In this document: positions 63,641-64,000 of the stretch, piece by piece
How the letters are laid out: each line of letters starts with the position of its first letter
Numbering within the stretch: position 1 is the stretch's first letter
Assembly: GCA_043228905.1 (NCBI GenBank)
Contig: JBHGNT010000018.1
Location: 14,012,001 to 14,076,000, forward strand
Length of the DNA stretch: 64,000 bases
Reading direction: 5' to 3'
Source: Azolla caroliniana
Lineage: Eukaryota > Plantae > Polypodiophyta
Program-made: the position numbers and the translations under genes
The notes under the pieces: generated by a model
Databases searched by the model: none
What the model was told of the DNA's origin: nothing
Seen by the model: only the letters and a program-made list of their open reading frames with translations

Positions 63641-64000
63641 ATGAGATATCCTCCTACCGCCTCGATTCACGTCGGGTTCACCAAATATGTCGCGAAAATA
63701 CGACGAGGATATGTGAACTTTGAGGCAAGACCCCGGGGCCTCCGACCGGAAGATATCAAATTCGTATGTTTATATTAAACAATTAATGGAAAATGAGAAA
63801 GATTAACAAATTTCATTACTAAATAGAAAAGAAAAATTACAATCAATCCCAAGATTGGGATTACAAAAGATTTATCTTAAGGAGACTACTAGAATAATAG
63901 ATTAGAAGAAACTAAGATATGGATTCAATAGAGATTTAGGGTTCTTGGCTTTGATAAGAGATTATGGTTTTATGAGTTGAATAGCTTCCGTATAAAAATT

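Larger units (their letters stand above)
56392..64000 (-). mobile_element. Non-autonomous LTR element E (LARD-like, tRNA-Trp primed), running off the window end
   Basis: 3' LTR 56392-57535, PPT at 57536-57550, 5' LTR from 63688. 22-nt Trp PBS tcgattcacgtcgggttcacca at 63662-63683. No pol motifs between the LTRs. Confidence 0.9.

Noticed and set aside
63662-63683. tRNA-Trp gene fragment
   Set aside because: Only the 3' 22 nt including CCA, adjacent to an LTR, so it is a primer-binding site.

Overview
Eukaryotic, gene-free stretch of nested transposable elements. The element spectrum suggests a non-seed land plant such as a bryophyte, lycophyte or fern; this is an inference, as no host gene was found. 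From left to right: a 5'-truncated L1-type LINE; a decayed hAT/ZNF862-like transposase; a decayed Copia split by a solo LTR; then a large nest. In the nest an old Copia (A) is interrupted by Copia B (16189-38859). B in turn holds Copia C, two solo LTRs, a decayed Gypsy, a Tat/Athila-like fragment and a hAT MITE. A is also interrupted by a Tf1/Tcn1-type Gypsy (from 39498). That Gypsy holds a very young Copia (identical 284-bp LTRs), which holds an intact young Gypsy (717-bp LTRs, tRNA-Trp PBS, 4-bp TSD, predicted -1 frameshift between gag-pro and pol). It also holds a non-autonomous tRNA-Trp-primed element carrying an unclassified 3.9-kb TIR element. Most notable: (i) Tf1/Tcn1-type LTRs that combine an antisense tRNA-like A/B-box cassette, a heat-shock-element array and a self-priming PBS; (ii) the unclassified TIR element with a 4-bp TSD and a 2-kb palindrome array; (iii) the gag-pro/pol frameshift. 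All alignments were done by eye and no database searches were run.
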